64,000 bases of DNA from contig CM119268.1 of assembly GCA_051294375.1 (NCBI GenBank), positions 5,895,525 through 5,959,524 on the forward strand, written 5' to 3'. Position 1 is the stretch's first letter. Each line of letters begins with the position of its first letter. The notes under the pieces were generated by a model that saw nothing but the letters and a program-made list of their open reading frames with translations, made no database searches and was not told where the DNA came from. Shown piece by piece: positions 1-12,180 of this stretch. The translations under genes and the position numbers were made by a program. The stretch is from Paraspadella gotoi (Eukaryota; Animalia; Chaetognatha).

Positions 1-10
1 TCTCTTTTCC

Positions 11-45
<35 letters not shown>

Positions 46-1281
46 CTTGCAATAACACTTGTTGGTTTTATTCATTATTTTCGCTTTCTAAGCTCATTTG
101 CTCCGTTTTTCTCTCGTGTTCGTTTGAAATATTTTTTTATTTAAATTTTTTTTAATTCTCTATTTGTAAATTCATTCTTTATCTTTTTCTCTCTTTATTT
201 TTTTTATTTCTTTTTTTTCTTTTTTAATTTCTTTCTTTCTTTTTACTTTCTGTTTTGGTCTGCTCGGTTCTTTTTTTTGGGGGGGGGCAAGGGGCCTAAT
301 AGGCCTTTTTACTATACTCCTTTTCTACCGCTAAGGCCTTTTAGCTTTACGGGAATATTATTTTAATAATGATTTTTTTTTCTACCTCGCGAATCGCGGG
401 CAGCAAAGGGACGTCACTAGGGTAAAGAGCTGAGGCCCGTTGGCCCCTTTGGCCCTCTGGGGTTTCAAGGATAGAGAGAGAGAGAGACAGAGATAGAGAC
501 AAAGAAAAACTCATCTCAAAGTCTAATTCCGTCGGAGTGGGATTAGTTATGAGTAGCGGGTTGGAAGAGAGAGAGATAGAGATAGATAGAGAGGGTTGGG
601 AGAGAGAAGAGAGAGAGGTTTTAAAAAGGGTTGAGAGAAGGAGAGAGAGAAGGAGAGAAGCTTCGACGTAGAGCGAGAGGAGAAGAGGATGAGCTAGCCT
701 TTGGAGAAGAGAGATATAGAGAGAACGAGAAGAGAGAGAGAGAGATAAAGAGATAGAGAGGGATGGAGAGGCGGAGAAGGAGAGAGAGAAAGATATATAG
801 AGAGAGAGGGAGAGAGTGGGGAAGAGAGAACTTAAGATAGAAAAAAAATAATGAAATAGAGAGGGAGAGCGAGAAAGATAGAGGGAAATAGAAAAAGAGA
901 GAGAGAGAGAGTTAAAAAAAAAGAGGATAAATAAAAAACGTTGACTACAAAAATATATGCAAGAAAAGATGTTATTATTGAAGCTGTAAATATTTGCTAT
1001 CGTGTCTTTTATTTCGCTGACTTTATATCGGGAAGACTTTCTCCCTAAGAAATTCTTTATCTCTCTCTCACTCACTCTCTCTCCTCTTCGATAATTGAAT
1101 AAGGCGAGGAAAAAGGAAGACAGAGGGGAAAAAAAGGAAAATCTTATTAAATCTTGTTGATTTAGTTCTCAACATCAAGTCTGTGGTGATGGGGCTTCGG
1201 AAGAGAATGGCGGGAAAAAACCAAAACTATTACTACAAAAAAAATCTAAACAAAATAGAGAAAAGATAAATCACTCTTCTG

Positions 1282-1315
<34 letters not shown>

Positions 1316-1439
1316 TTTTTGTCTCTCTCTCTCTCTTTTTGTCTCTCTTTCTGCCTCGCTCTCTCTCTCTCCCTCTTTGTTCCTTCTCTAAATTGGCTAC
1401 GCCTTTCCTTAATTAATGGAAGGCGTAATTTTCTTACTC

Positions 1440-1519
<80 letters not shown>

Positions 1520-2258
1520 GAAAACTTTGATTTATGGATGAATAGATCCAAGGATTTTCGTGATATTAAAGACTCCTATTAATCTGGACTCACCAATGTT
1601 GATTGTTCAGCCATCATAGTAAAGCCAATAATGAGTGTTCTTTATGTCCCTTGTAGCATGGTTCAAAATGAGTGGTTTTATAAAGATTAAATTAAAGTTT
1701 AATTATAACAAGGTTTACAATTCGTTTCATTCGTCGGGTTTCTGCAATATTTCTTTGAATTATTGACTCGAAGAACCGAGATCACAAAATCTCTCTCTTT
1801 CTCTTTCTCTTTCCTTCTATCTCTCTCTTTCTCTCTGTCTCACTCTCACACTCTTCCTCTCTCTTTGAAGTTCGACTGAAAGATTTTTCAATATTCACAA
1901 AATTAAAAAAATAAAAGAACAAAGAAAACCGAAATTTGTCTTTAATCTTGAACAATAAATCTCAATTATATTTATATCTATTGGTTAGTTTTTTTTATTC
2001 TTTTTCATATTAATCGTAAGTTTCCTCTTAAATTGATAGTTTGTAGTAAAATCGTCTGTTAGCTTTAACAATTTTAAAATATTATAATTTTTTGTATTAA
2101 AAATACTATTTCTGTCATTGTTAGTTACTCAAATCAAGTCATTATCATAACCTATCATACAGAGTCGTTCTGAAACATGTTTTTTTCCAAGCATTTTCCG
2201 CCTCCGCACTGACTGTCTCTCTCTCTATCTCTCCCTCTCTCTCTCTCTCTCTCTCTCG

Positions 2259-2304
<46 letters not shown>

Positions 2305-2571
2305 CGTTTTCCTTCCCTCTGCATCCAATTTTTCACCAACGAAACTTTGATTTGAAGGAGACCGAGAAAAAAGAAAAAGAAAATAAAAAATAGGGAGAAA
2401 AGATAAAAAGAGAGGAAATGAAGGAAAAAGGGGGGGAAAAAAAAGGAAAGGGGAAAAACAAGAGGGAAAAAAGGGAAAGGGGGGAAAAACAGAAAAATGA
2501 AAATAGGGAGGAAAAAAAAGAAAAAGTCGGAAAAATGGAGGAGAGCAAAATATAACAAGATTTGTCTATCC

Positions 2572-2862
2572 AATGTGTTGCGCCGCTGAGACTTTCTTAG
2601 CCTTTTTGATACGCTCTACATCGGAATTTCGTCTTTTATTCTTTATAGTTTTAGGATTTCCTGAAAGCGTCGCTCGCAGTCACTTAGATTTGAATTTTAT
2701 TTCTTTTCTTAACAATTGAGCAGTCAACTATAGGCGAGTTATGAGCATTTTTAACGCAAGTGGGACGGACCGACGGACAGACATCCAGTCCGACCGACCG
2801 ACCGATAGACCGATCGAATAGTGACTTATAGAGTTGCTCCGCGAGTACTCGCAACTAAAAAA
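2572..2862 (-). mobile_element. Non-autonomous Helentron/DINE-1 (HINE)-like element, family A
   Basis: On the - strand it starts TTTTTAGTTGC with a hairpin (AGTTGC 2832-2837 / GCAACT 2851-2856), then a (GTCY)n-type microsatellite, a core, and ends GCGGCGCAACACATT. Homologous over its length to 51924-52231. Class assigned from architecture only. Confidence 0.55.
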
Positions 2863-3067
2863 GGGGAGAAAGGTAGAATAAGGATACGAGAAAAGTAAGA
2901 ATAAAAAAAGGGAAAATGGGGGGGCGAGAGGGTGGAAGAAAAAAAAGTAAAATAAATTTCAAGAAATAGAATTTTGAAGAAAAAGAATTTGACGCAAATG
3001 CGGGTCACGTGACCAAACTTGTTTTTCTTTCGTCTTCGTTCGACGAATGGAGAGAGATAGAAGAGAG

Positions 3068-3161
<94 letters not shown>

Positions 3162-3221
3162 TGTGATTGTGCACCGGACGTCGTTGACAAATTCGATGGA
3201 GAGAGAATCAGGGGAGAGGTT

Positions 3222-3307
<86 letters not shown>

Positions 3308-3432
3308 GCTAAATTTTCAGCGATGAGTCTCTCGTAAAAACTTTTGCGGAGGAAATTAAGTCGATTTTTTCCTGAAGGTCGAACAAGGAGGAGGAAGAGA
3401 AAGAAGAGAGAGAGAAAGAGAGAGAGAGAGGA

Positions 3433-3508
<76 letters not shown>

Positions 3509-3685
3509 AAGATTTTGCGAGGTGAGGCCAAAGGGTGAATGATTGGCCTCACGAGAAATCGATTCAAGTGAATGTTTTGCTTCTACTTCTGTCAGTGACG
3601 TGAATGTCTGTCAACTTTCTCGAGCCAACGTGTGAAAGACTGACAAACCAAGAAATTGGACATCGTACGTCTGTGATAGGATTTT

Positions 3686-3870
3686 GGGCCTTGTTTCTCC
3701 AGAACGCCCCATTTCATACTAAATTGTGATAAAGATTTGGTTTAAGATTAAAGTTAGGAATTAAGGATAAAGGTTTGTGATTAGAAATAGGTGAGGGTTA
3801 GGGATTTGGGTTAGTGATTGGATTATAGTTTTAAGAATAAGTTTAAGTTAAATATTAAAGTTAAAGTAAA
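3686..3870 (+). repeat. Dispersed repeat: conserved end motif plus degenerate TTAGGG-like tract
   Basis: GGGCCTTGTTTCTCCAGAACGCCCCATTTC followed by hexamer-like GTTAGG/ATTAAG repeats. Related end motif on - at 10308-10337 and 40880-40911, the latter adjoining a degenerate (CCCTAA)n tract. Confidence 0.45.
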
Positions 3871-4643
3871 TGAATAAAAATGGGTTTCTTTATTGAGATC
3901 GGGCATAAAGTTGTCCGAGGAGTTGGTCTATCTAATCTCACGGAAAAGTCGTTTCACATTTGACATTTGACATTTTCTTTACATATTTATTATGTTAAAA
4001 GTTTAAAGAAAGAGCGTGTTAAGGAGTTTATCCTTTTAAAAGTATGAGAAATATTTAACAAAATATTACGTATATATGAACATTGACATCCAAAGAGTTT
4101 GTGATATGTCGCATAGAGAAAGAGCTACTAGATAAATATGTGCTGGGTTGGTTTGACTACCTATCAGAGGTCATGTTCTGATGCCTTTACTTTTTGAGCC
4201 AGCGGGTAACGATGATTATCTTCGGGGTGAACCTCAAGGCAATTCATTGTAGTTAATTCAAAAATGAAGAAAGAGGTCGGCACAATGATCTAGATATGAA
4301 AGAAGAGTTAGAGATAAAGAGACAGAGAGCGTTTTTTTCTCTTTATCTCTCTCTCTCTTTCTTAACCATCTCTTTTCTCTTTAAGTCTTTCCTTCTTCTT
4401 ATCTGTTATCCCTTTAATTTTCCACTTCGTCTCATTCTTTACTTCCTTTTTTTTTCTTTCCTCTAAATACATTCTTTCTGTCTTTCTTTCTTTCTTTTTC
4501 ACTAACTTCGTCAAGCGACTCAATAAGACGCTTTTTGGTCGGTCTGTCTTACTATCCGTAGAATTTATATTATATTATTAAATTTAAAAAATAAAAATAG
4601 AAAAAGCCTTTCTGTAGCTTGAATGAAAGTTGAATTCAGTGGG

Positions 4644-4750
4644 TTTTTTTTTAGTTTTGCTGCGGGAATTCACAGAGCAACTTTTCTGTAAATTTGTCAG
4701 TCCGTCTGTCTGTCCTTCAGTCCTTACTTTTCAAAAGCTTATAACTCGGT
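4644..4750 (+). mobile_element. HINE-like family A 5' fragment
   Basis: TTTTTAGTTTTGCTGCGGGAATTCACAGAGCAACT, then GTCCGTCTGTCTGTCC and GCTTATAACTCG, matching the reverse complement of ~2735-2862. Confidence 0.45.
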
Positions 4751-4770
4751 TAATGTGCGTATGTTTTTCT

Positions 4771-4915
4771 TTTTTTAGTCGGATCTGCTTATCAGCAGAT
4801 TCCGATCTAATAAATCCACTTTATCGGTCGATCTGTGCGCCCCCTCAATAATGTCAGAACATCGAACTATTATAAAATTATTAAAAAAAATGATGTCCTC
4901 CGTCCGTCCGTCAGC
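4771..4915 (+). mobile_element. HINE-like family B 5' fragment
   Basis: TTTTTTAGTCGGATCTGCT-TATC-AGCAGATTCCGA terminal hairpin, then GTCG/GTCC microsatellite. The same terminus occurs at 23594. Confidence 0.45.
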
Positions 4916-5039
4916 GCATGGCCAGGAACAAGATAGCTAATTCATTATATAAATAATTTTAATATTAGTTGTATCTATTTTATTTAGAGGAAAAAACCAC
5001 CAAAATGGGTTTCACAATCCTGCTTTCATATTCACTCAC

Positions 5040-5287
5040 TCTCATACAATTGAAACATTTCTTTTAAATATATTTACCACATTCACTTGATGAGGAAGCC
5101 TTGTTCACTAGGAGTGAATAAACAATACTGTGTAGAGAGTCTTGATTGAAGCTTGCAGAAACTGCTATGTTATTATCTTGTAAGGTGTAGATGGAAGGCT
5201 TAAATACTAAGCTGTCCAAAGTCAGGACAAGATAGCTTATTTATTAAATGAATGGATAATTTTATATTGGTTGTACCAATTTCATAC
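5040..5287. repeat. Unnamed dispersed repeat R1
   Basis: Core CTGTCCAAAGTCAGG(G)CAAGATAGCTTATTTATTAAATGAATGGATAATTTTATATTGGTTGTACCAATTTCATA is near-identical at 9976-10051 and inverted at 30913-30990. A degenerate copy lies immediately upstream at 4921-4983. Confidence 0.85.
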
Positions 5288-5464
5288 ACAATTTTTCGAG
5301 AATGTAAGCGTGAAATTTTTAATACCAACTTTTTTCGAAGTTATTCAATTTTAATAATGTTAAATATTTTATTATGAATTGATATAAAATAAATTCAACA
5401 TATACTAGATATATTAGATTATATTTTTTATGTTATCATATATTATATATATAATCAGTTCCGC

Positions 5465-5850
5465 CGGTCAGTAAAATGACTCCCTTTTAAGAATCCCTTC
5501 TTCACTCTCGGCGGGCGTTGGTTGCCCGCTGATCGCCAGCCATAAGGGAGAGTGAGTTGGCAGGACGGAGGGGATTATTCCCAAGTTCAGTATTCTGTGA
5601 AATGTCATCTGCAGGATATCCGCCATCGACCCAAATCTAACATCTAAGTCAAATTGGGGAAAGCGGTGCGCAAAAAAATGAAAATGACAATCTCGAAGCT
5701 GTACAACAAGAGTACATCCAAAACGTTGTATGCCGCATTCCATGATAGAAGGGCACCATGGAAATGTACTGACCTCGGCGGTCATGGTGTCTTGGGAATT
5801 CGGGTTAGATGGTTACATGGGCGGTCCAATGGTATTCCCAAACCTGCTCC
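5465..5850 (-). pseudogene. Possible decayed PIF/Harbinger transposase C-terminal fragment
   Basis: GC-richer island. A frameshift-tolerant reading gives EQ.FG.., MECGIQ, ..(H)NFLR-like, WVDGGYPADDI...AGDQRATNAR..ILK..F, resembling the DDE_Tnp_4 C-terminus. Needs several assumed frameshifts. Confidence 0.3.
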
Positions 5851-6124
5851 ACTATTTTTATATTTTTTTCAATATTTCTCTTTAATTTTTTTTTTTTTTT
5901 TGCAATATTTCTGCTTTATTTTTTTTCAATAAAAACGAACTAAATTTTTTTCTTGGCATACATTTTTTGAGGAAACGAAATTAACTCTTTCAGTCAAATT
6001 TTATAGTTCTTTTAATCTATGTCTAATTTCCTTTGTCAGTCCGTCGGTCCCACCCCAAAATATTGTCGGTAAGTCACCTACATCATCTCAAAATATCGAA
6101 TATCGAATATCAAAAAATTTTATG

Positions 6125-6228
6125 TCCGACCGTCCGTTCGTCCGTTCGTCCGTTCGTCCGTTCGTCCGTCCGTCCGTCCGTCCGTCCGTCCGTCCGACTG
6201 ACCGACCGACCGACCGACCGTCCGTCCC
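6125..6228. repeat. Compound (GTTC/GTCC/GACC)n microsatellite, probably within a HINE-like remnant
   Basis: Directly visible tetranucleotide repeats; GTCAGTCCGTCGGTCCC upstream at ~6035. Confidence 0.85.
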
Positions 6229-6992
6229 CCGTAAGCTTTACTCATTAATGAATCGGGAGATTGACTGGAATTTTGTATGTGGGTAGAAAAGTGAGCAAGA
6301 AATAAAGTTTCGATGGAATCGTCCAAGTGGAAATGAGTTAAAATGGAAAAAAACAAAAAATCCATTTCACTATTCTTTTTAATTGATTATTTATTTGATT
6401 ATGTTTTTTTTTCTTTTTAATCCTGCGATGATATTAAATGTAAATTCAAGCTGCATCAATTCATTATTTATAAATTAGTAATTAACTAATTAATTAATTT
6501 AGTTCTCGAGATTTTTATTTTGTGATTGAAAGGCGAATAAAAAAAAATTATATTAATTACTTAATTTTTTAATTAATTAATTATCTAATTAGCAGCTTAC
6601 CGCTAATTATCTTGGGCAGATCCGGAATTGTTTTCTCAAACTTGTTTCTAACTTTTTCTCTTTCTTTCCTATTTTTTTTTTCCTTATTCTTCTTTATTTT
6701 TTCTTTTTACTACGAAAATGGTTTGAGGAGAAAAAGGATGAAAAAAACGAAGTCATTGTCGTCGTCATCGTCGTCGTTATCGTCGTCGTCCATGTCAAAG
6801 TTAACAACAAAGTCTCTTCTTATGGCAAGCACTCTATGACCTAATTTCCACTTTTCTGAGTTATTGCTTGAGGTCTACAAGCACTTAAGCTTGTTTACTT
6901 AATCTATCAAGAGATTTCGTCTGATCGCTCAATGTTGAAAAATCGTTTTTGATGTTGCTGAGGATTTGAAAATTAAATATTAGTCGATTTCT

Positions 6993-7066
6993 AATTTAAT
7001 TTAATTTAATTTAATTTAATTTAATTTAATTTAATTTAATTTAATTTAATTTAATTTAATTTAATT
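6993..7066. repeat. (AATTT)n pentanucleotide microsatellite
   Basis: Perfect repeats seen directly. Confidence 0.95.
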
Positions 7067-7324
7067 CCAAACAGTAAAAAAGTCTTCTTTAAAAAAGATT
7101 ATGTACTCCAGGTTTTGTTTTTTGCATAAATGAAACCGTATGGCATACTATAGTACGTAGGACTACTAATTAACATCCCCCTAATAAATTCTCTCTTCCC
7201 TATTGTTTCATTCCGTAAAAATCATCCTGTACCAACTTGTGCTGATTACCCCCTCATTAATTTAGTTTTTTTTTCCCCCTTCGCTCGCGTGATTTGTTAC
7301 TTTGACATGGAGGTAAATACGCTT

Positions 7325-7472
<148 letters not shown>

Positions 7473-7695
7473 CTTTCTGTACCGAGTTGTGATTGAAACA
7501 ATATTCTACTCGATATTTCATTTTTCCCGCGCGAACTACTTTCCGCCACATTTTTCATTCTTGCTGTCATAATCAGTCTTCCTTCTCGTCACACCTAAAT
7601 CCTCTGGTCGATATGTTACCTTGTGTTATGGAATTAAGTCGAATTGGGAAAATCAAATCTTAAAAATTTTATATTGGTTGTACAAATTTTATTAC

Positions 7696-7983
7696 AGTCA
7701 GATTAATGTATTTTGATGCTAGTGCGGAGTACAATATAGGATTCACCGATCTAATACTTAAGAGACTCCCTTTTATACAGTTAAAACATTCTTTAAAATA
7801 ATATACCAGGTACTCTGGAAGTGAATAAACTAGACTGTGAATGTGACTTGATATAAGTCCTACTATGTAATTATCTTTTAAGAGTGATGTAGGGCTTAAC
7901 CCACTATAGCCGGTCCAAATTCAGGGGCAAGATAATTTTATCATTAAATGAATGGATAATTTTTATATTATTTGTACCAATTG
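7696..7983. repeat. Dispersed repeat R1, long diverged copy
   Basis: GTCCAAATTCAGGGGCAAGATAA...TTGTACCAATT. Its left part TTTTGATGCTAGTGCGGAGTACA matches the reverse complement of ~25075-25100. A short R1 end precedes it at 7662-7691. Confidence 0.75.
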
Positions 7984-8653
7984 TAAGTAGATAATATTGG
8001 TAGCAAACAAATGTTTATGTATTCTACGTCAATATTTCTTTTCCAGTAATCCCGCGGGCAAAGATATCAAAAATATATTAAGGATTCTTTGCTCTACTAT
8101 AGTCTGTAGGTATACATCTCATCGGTCCCTCTTTAGGATAAAAGCATTCCCTATCGGCTTTAACGATCAGTATTCATGATCGATTTTGCTGATTGGCTTT
8201 CACTATTTTGGGCATCCAATCCCGTTCATCCAAAAAGGAGGTGAGAGAAGCAGAAAATGAGGCAATTTCGGAGGAGCTCACTCTCTGTCTGTCTCTCTGT
8301 CTTTATCTCTTTGTTAGTCTCTCTGTCTTTATCTCTCCGTCTGTCTCTCTGTCTTTATCTCTTTGTTTGTCTCTCTCTTTTTCTCTCTATTTGTCTCTCT
8401 CTTTGTCTCTCTCTGTGTCTATCTTTGTCTATCTCTATGCCTCTCTCTTTCTCTAATCTCTTCTTTTTTAACCCATTTTTCTCTCTCTCTCTTCACTCTC
8501 CTCTCTCTTCTCTCTCTCTCTCTCTCTCTGTTTCTGTCTGTTCTCTTTCTCTCTCTCTATATCTTAACCCACTCCTTATTTTTCACTCTCTCAGTTTGTC
8601 TCCAACAAGATTTCTATAGTACGCAGGTGTCTCTATCCTTTTCCTTTTGCCAA

Positions 8654-8702
<49 letters not shown>

Positions 8703-9560
8703 TCTCTTCTCTTTCTCTCTCTTCTCTCTCTCTCTTCTTCTCTCTCTCCCTCTCCCTCTCTCACACCCTTCTTCCACCTCTCTCACGGCACCAGCGGGAA
8801 ACGTGAATGTCTTTCAGTCGTTTATGTGACTTTCGTTGTTCTTCTGTTTCTTCTTTCGATTTTCGTTCCAAACAGACGCCGTCAGGGGCGCTGACGACGA
8901 TGACGATGATAAAGGTGACGACGATGTCGAAGATGAAGACGACGATGACGATGATGAAGCTGACTGTGACCATTGCGAGATCAGTAAACATTTTTATCTT
9001 GATATCAACTGAATCAAAATATCTAACCATTTTTCGTATGTCATATTGTTATATATATTTTATGCAAATAATTCTAAAATTTCTATAACAAGATTATTTG
9101 ACAAAAAAATTTATAATTTTAAAATGTGTAAGTCAATTGAATGCAATTCGTTTGCTAACTTTCTCTCTTATTACTTTTCGATTAAATCATTTAACGAATC
9201 TTATTTTCATTTTTTATTAGATAAAAACCCACAAAGCAAAATCGACATTACATCGAAAAAAAGGATAAATAATCAAAAAAGAGAAAACAAATTTTCGACC
9301 AAAAAAATTTAAAACAATTTAAAAAACAAAGACTAACAAAAATCACTTGTGGAAATCAAAGCTTCAGCAGCAAAACTTTAAAAAAAAATAACAAAAAAAG
9401 TAAATAAACGAATAAATTTATAATCGACTTTGAACTGTCGAATTTGGAGTGGATTAGCGTTTCCATCGACAAAAGAGCATCTTCGAATCATTTCATCACT
9501 GAATTGCATATGTGATTCATTCAAGTGAAAACAAGGTGAGTAAAGATAGAGAGGGATAGA

Positions 9561-9632
<72 letters not shown>

Positions 9633-9775
9633 ATTTGGTACAATCTCTTATTTGTGATCTCCCCACAATTCTCGTTTCTCTACTCAGATTAACTTTCGCC
9701 ACGAAAATCCCATTTTGCTTTTTTTCGGGGATTTGATTTAATTAATAGTTTTCCGTCAGCGATATTGTCGTCGTC

Positions 9776-9808
<33 letters not shown>

Positions 9809-9959
9809 TTTGTTGCAATCACTAAATTCCTAATTTGACGATTTTTTTTGAACGAAAAGAAAAGTTCTGATGAGAAGAAAATTTCAGAAGCAGTGATGAC
9901 TATACGGTTATCATAAGAGCGAAAAATCTGTGACAGAAAATTAAAATGAAATGTTATAT

Positions 9960-10051
9960 GTTAAACCACCAAAGCCTGTCCAAAGTCAGGGGCAAGATAG
10001 CTTATTTATTAAATGAATGGATAATTTTTATATGGGTTGTACCAATTTCAT
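9960..10051. repeat. Dispersed repeat R1, short copy
   Basis: Near-identical to 5210-5286, with the same right-hand end (ACCAATTTCATA). Confidence 0.85.
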
Positions 10052-10601
10052 AGAATAAAAATCAAAATAATACATAACGTCACATATGGTGAAACATGGT
10101 GAAACGAGTTATTTATCAATTTTTACAAAAATTTATTTTTTTATCTAAACCTAACTTTAACTTTGAAGGGTTCGATATGTGTCAGCCTTTAAAACTTAAA
10201 AAAATTATATTTAATAGTTTGAAATTTGTTGTGTAATTCCAAAGGATGAGTGTCAGAACTTAGTTTATTGGTCAGTATTAAATCTAAGTTAATAAATTAA
10301 GAAACGGAAATGGGGTGCTATTGGAAAAAAGAGCCCCACTTTGACCTTTGAACCTTCAGATGTTCCGTCGTCCTCTTTATTTATTCATACATAAACTAAT
10401 ATTTCCCTCAGAAAAAAAATTCTTGTTCCTTTTTGACAAAAAAAACAAAAAACATCTGCTTCCTTTCGTTCGACGACGAGGCTGATCTCAGAGCGAAAAA
10501 AATAACACGCTTCAACGAAAATTAATTTGAGAACAAACTCCCGAACCAGATGCTTCCTTTTTTGGCAGTTTTTTTGAATGCTTTCTCTCTCTCTCTTTCT
10601 C

Positions 10602-10692
10602 NNNNNNNNNNNNNNNNNNNNNNNNNNNNNNNNNNNNNNNNNNNNNNNNNNNNNNNNNNNNNNNNNNNNNNNNNNNNNNNNNNNNNNNNNNN
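10602..10692. other. Assembly gap (91 N)
   Basis: N run. Confidence 0.99.
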
Positions 10693-11629
10693 TCCTATTT
10701 TTTGGCCTCTCTCTCTGATCTGAGTATTTTTTTTCTGTAGTATAATGAAATATTAGTTCTTCAAGAATTGCAGCATTAAACAATTTTAGACTATAAATAA
10801 TAGCAAGATTCATTTTCCTCCCTTTTTCTTTTTTTTCTCCCTTCCCTTTTTTCTTTCTTTTCTTTTTTCTTCCTTTCATTTTTCCTCCCTTTCCTTTTTC
10901 TTTTCCTTCCCTTTTTCCTTCCATTTCTTTTTTCTTCTTTACTTTTTCCTTCATTTCTTTTTTCTTCCTTTCCTATTTTCTTTCTTTTCCTTTTTCTTTC
11001 CGCTCCTTTTTCCTCCCTTCCCTTTTTCCTCGTAACTCTTAAGGAGGAAGCATCCCGAATAAATCGTTATTCACCCCCAAAATTTGAAGGAGAATTCTCC
11101 TCCTCTTTCTCCTGATTCTCCTCCTCCTCCTCCTTTCCTTTTTTCCCTCTTCCTCCCTCTCACTTGTTCCTAAAAAAAAAGGGGAAAAAAGCCACCTTTG
11201 CTCTTTTCTTCTCACCTTTATATATTTTCGTTTTCGAAAACGAAGATAACGACGACACCGACGACGACGATGACGACGACGATGAAAACGTCAACGACGA
11301 CGACGACGACGACGCAACGACAAGTAAGAAAGCAATGATAATCTGGCCCAAATCGATCAAACTGGAAAGCGGGAAAGTCAGCGACCCAGAAATCGATGAC
11401 TGTAATTGTGATAACGATGATAACAATGTTGTCACTTTCGTCCACAGCCTGGACGACGACGACGACAACGTTTATATGTAATATTTCGGATTATTTTTTT
11501 TTGCATTTGCTTATTCTAATTAAAAAAATAAAAACGGGAATGAATTGTTTTGCTTCTGCCATCGATTAGCGAAAATATAAAGGAAGACGAGGTTAACGTA
11601 ATGGAGAGAGAGAGAGAGATAAAGTAATG

Positions 11630-11674
<45 letters not shown>

Positions 11675-12106
11675 CGAGAGAGAGAGAGAGAGAGAAACTC
11701 CGACGTAATACAAACGCAAATGATCGGAGGTCTGTGAGTGTGAGTGAAAGACCCGTGATTAGTGTGTGAGGCCGAGCAGTTTAAATTAAAATGAGTTTAT
11801 TCGGTTTTGTACACGGATTTCAAATGGGAGTGAAATGAAAGGATCAAATACTGTGGCTAAATTATTTGTTATAGCAACTTCAGATTTTGCACCCTGGTAG
11901 AAAAATCACTGACGTTTTTTATTTTCTAACTACCAGTGGTCCAGCTTGCTTACTTTCTTAGTTATGGGCTCATCAATGGCATGGTTGAAATTTCGGTTTA
12001 TCTTACGGACTAGATGTCAAAAGCTTTTTCACAACCACAATGAACAAATATCACAGTCAGTCAGTGAAAAATTATAACAATTCTTTTCATTTCACTCTCA
12101 TGTATT

Positions 12107-12180
12107 TTAAGTTAATCTGTTTAAGTTAATCTGTTTAAGTTAATATGTTTAAGTTAATCTGTTTAAGTTAATCTGTTTTA
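12107..12180. repeat. 14-bp minisatellite (TTAAGTTAATCTGT) x~5
   Basis: Directly visible tandem units. Confidence 0.9.

Noticed and set aside
1570-1690. Possible minus-strand exon ending at a G|GTGAGT donor; similar complex islands at 8040-8240, 11800-12050 and 19320-19560
   Set aside because: Frames contain stops and no recognisable protein; they cannot be linked into a gene model.
3003-3014. Palindromic E-box/CLEAR-like GGTCACGTGACC (similar at 41012-41023)
   Set aside because: A short motif with no associated gene or transcription start evidence.
4185-4255. Faint resemblance to the U1 snRNA 5' region
   Set aside because: Lacks ATACTTACCTG, the intact loop motifs and an Sm site; similarity is within chance.
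5215-5286. GIY-YIG-like reading LIY.MNG.FYIGCTN in the R1 core (+ strand)
   Set aside because: Contains three stop codons conserved among copies and lacks the downstream R...H/E motifs.
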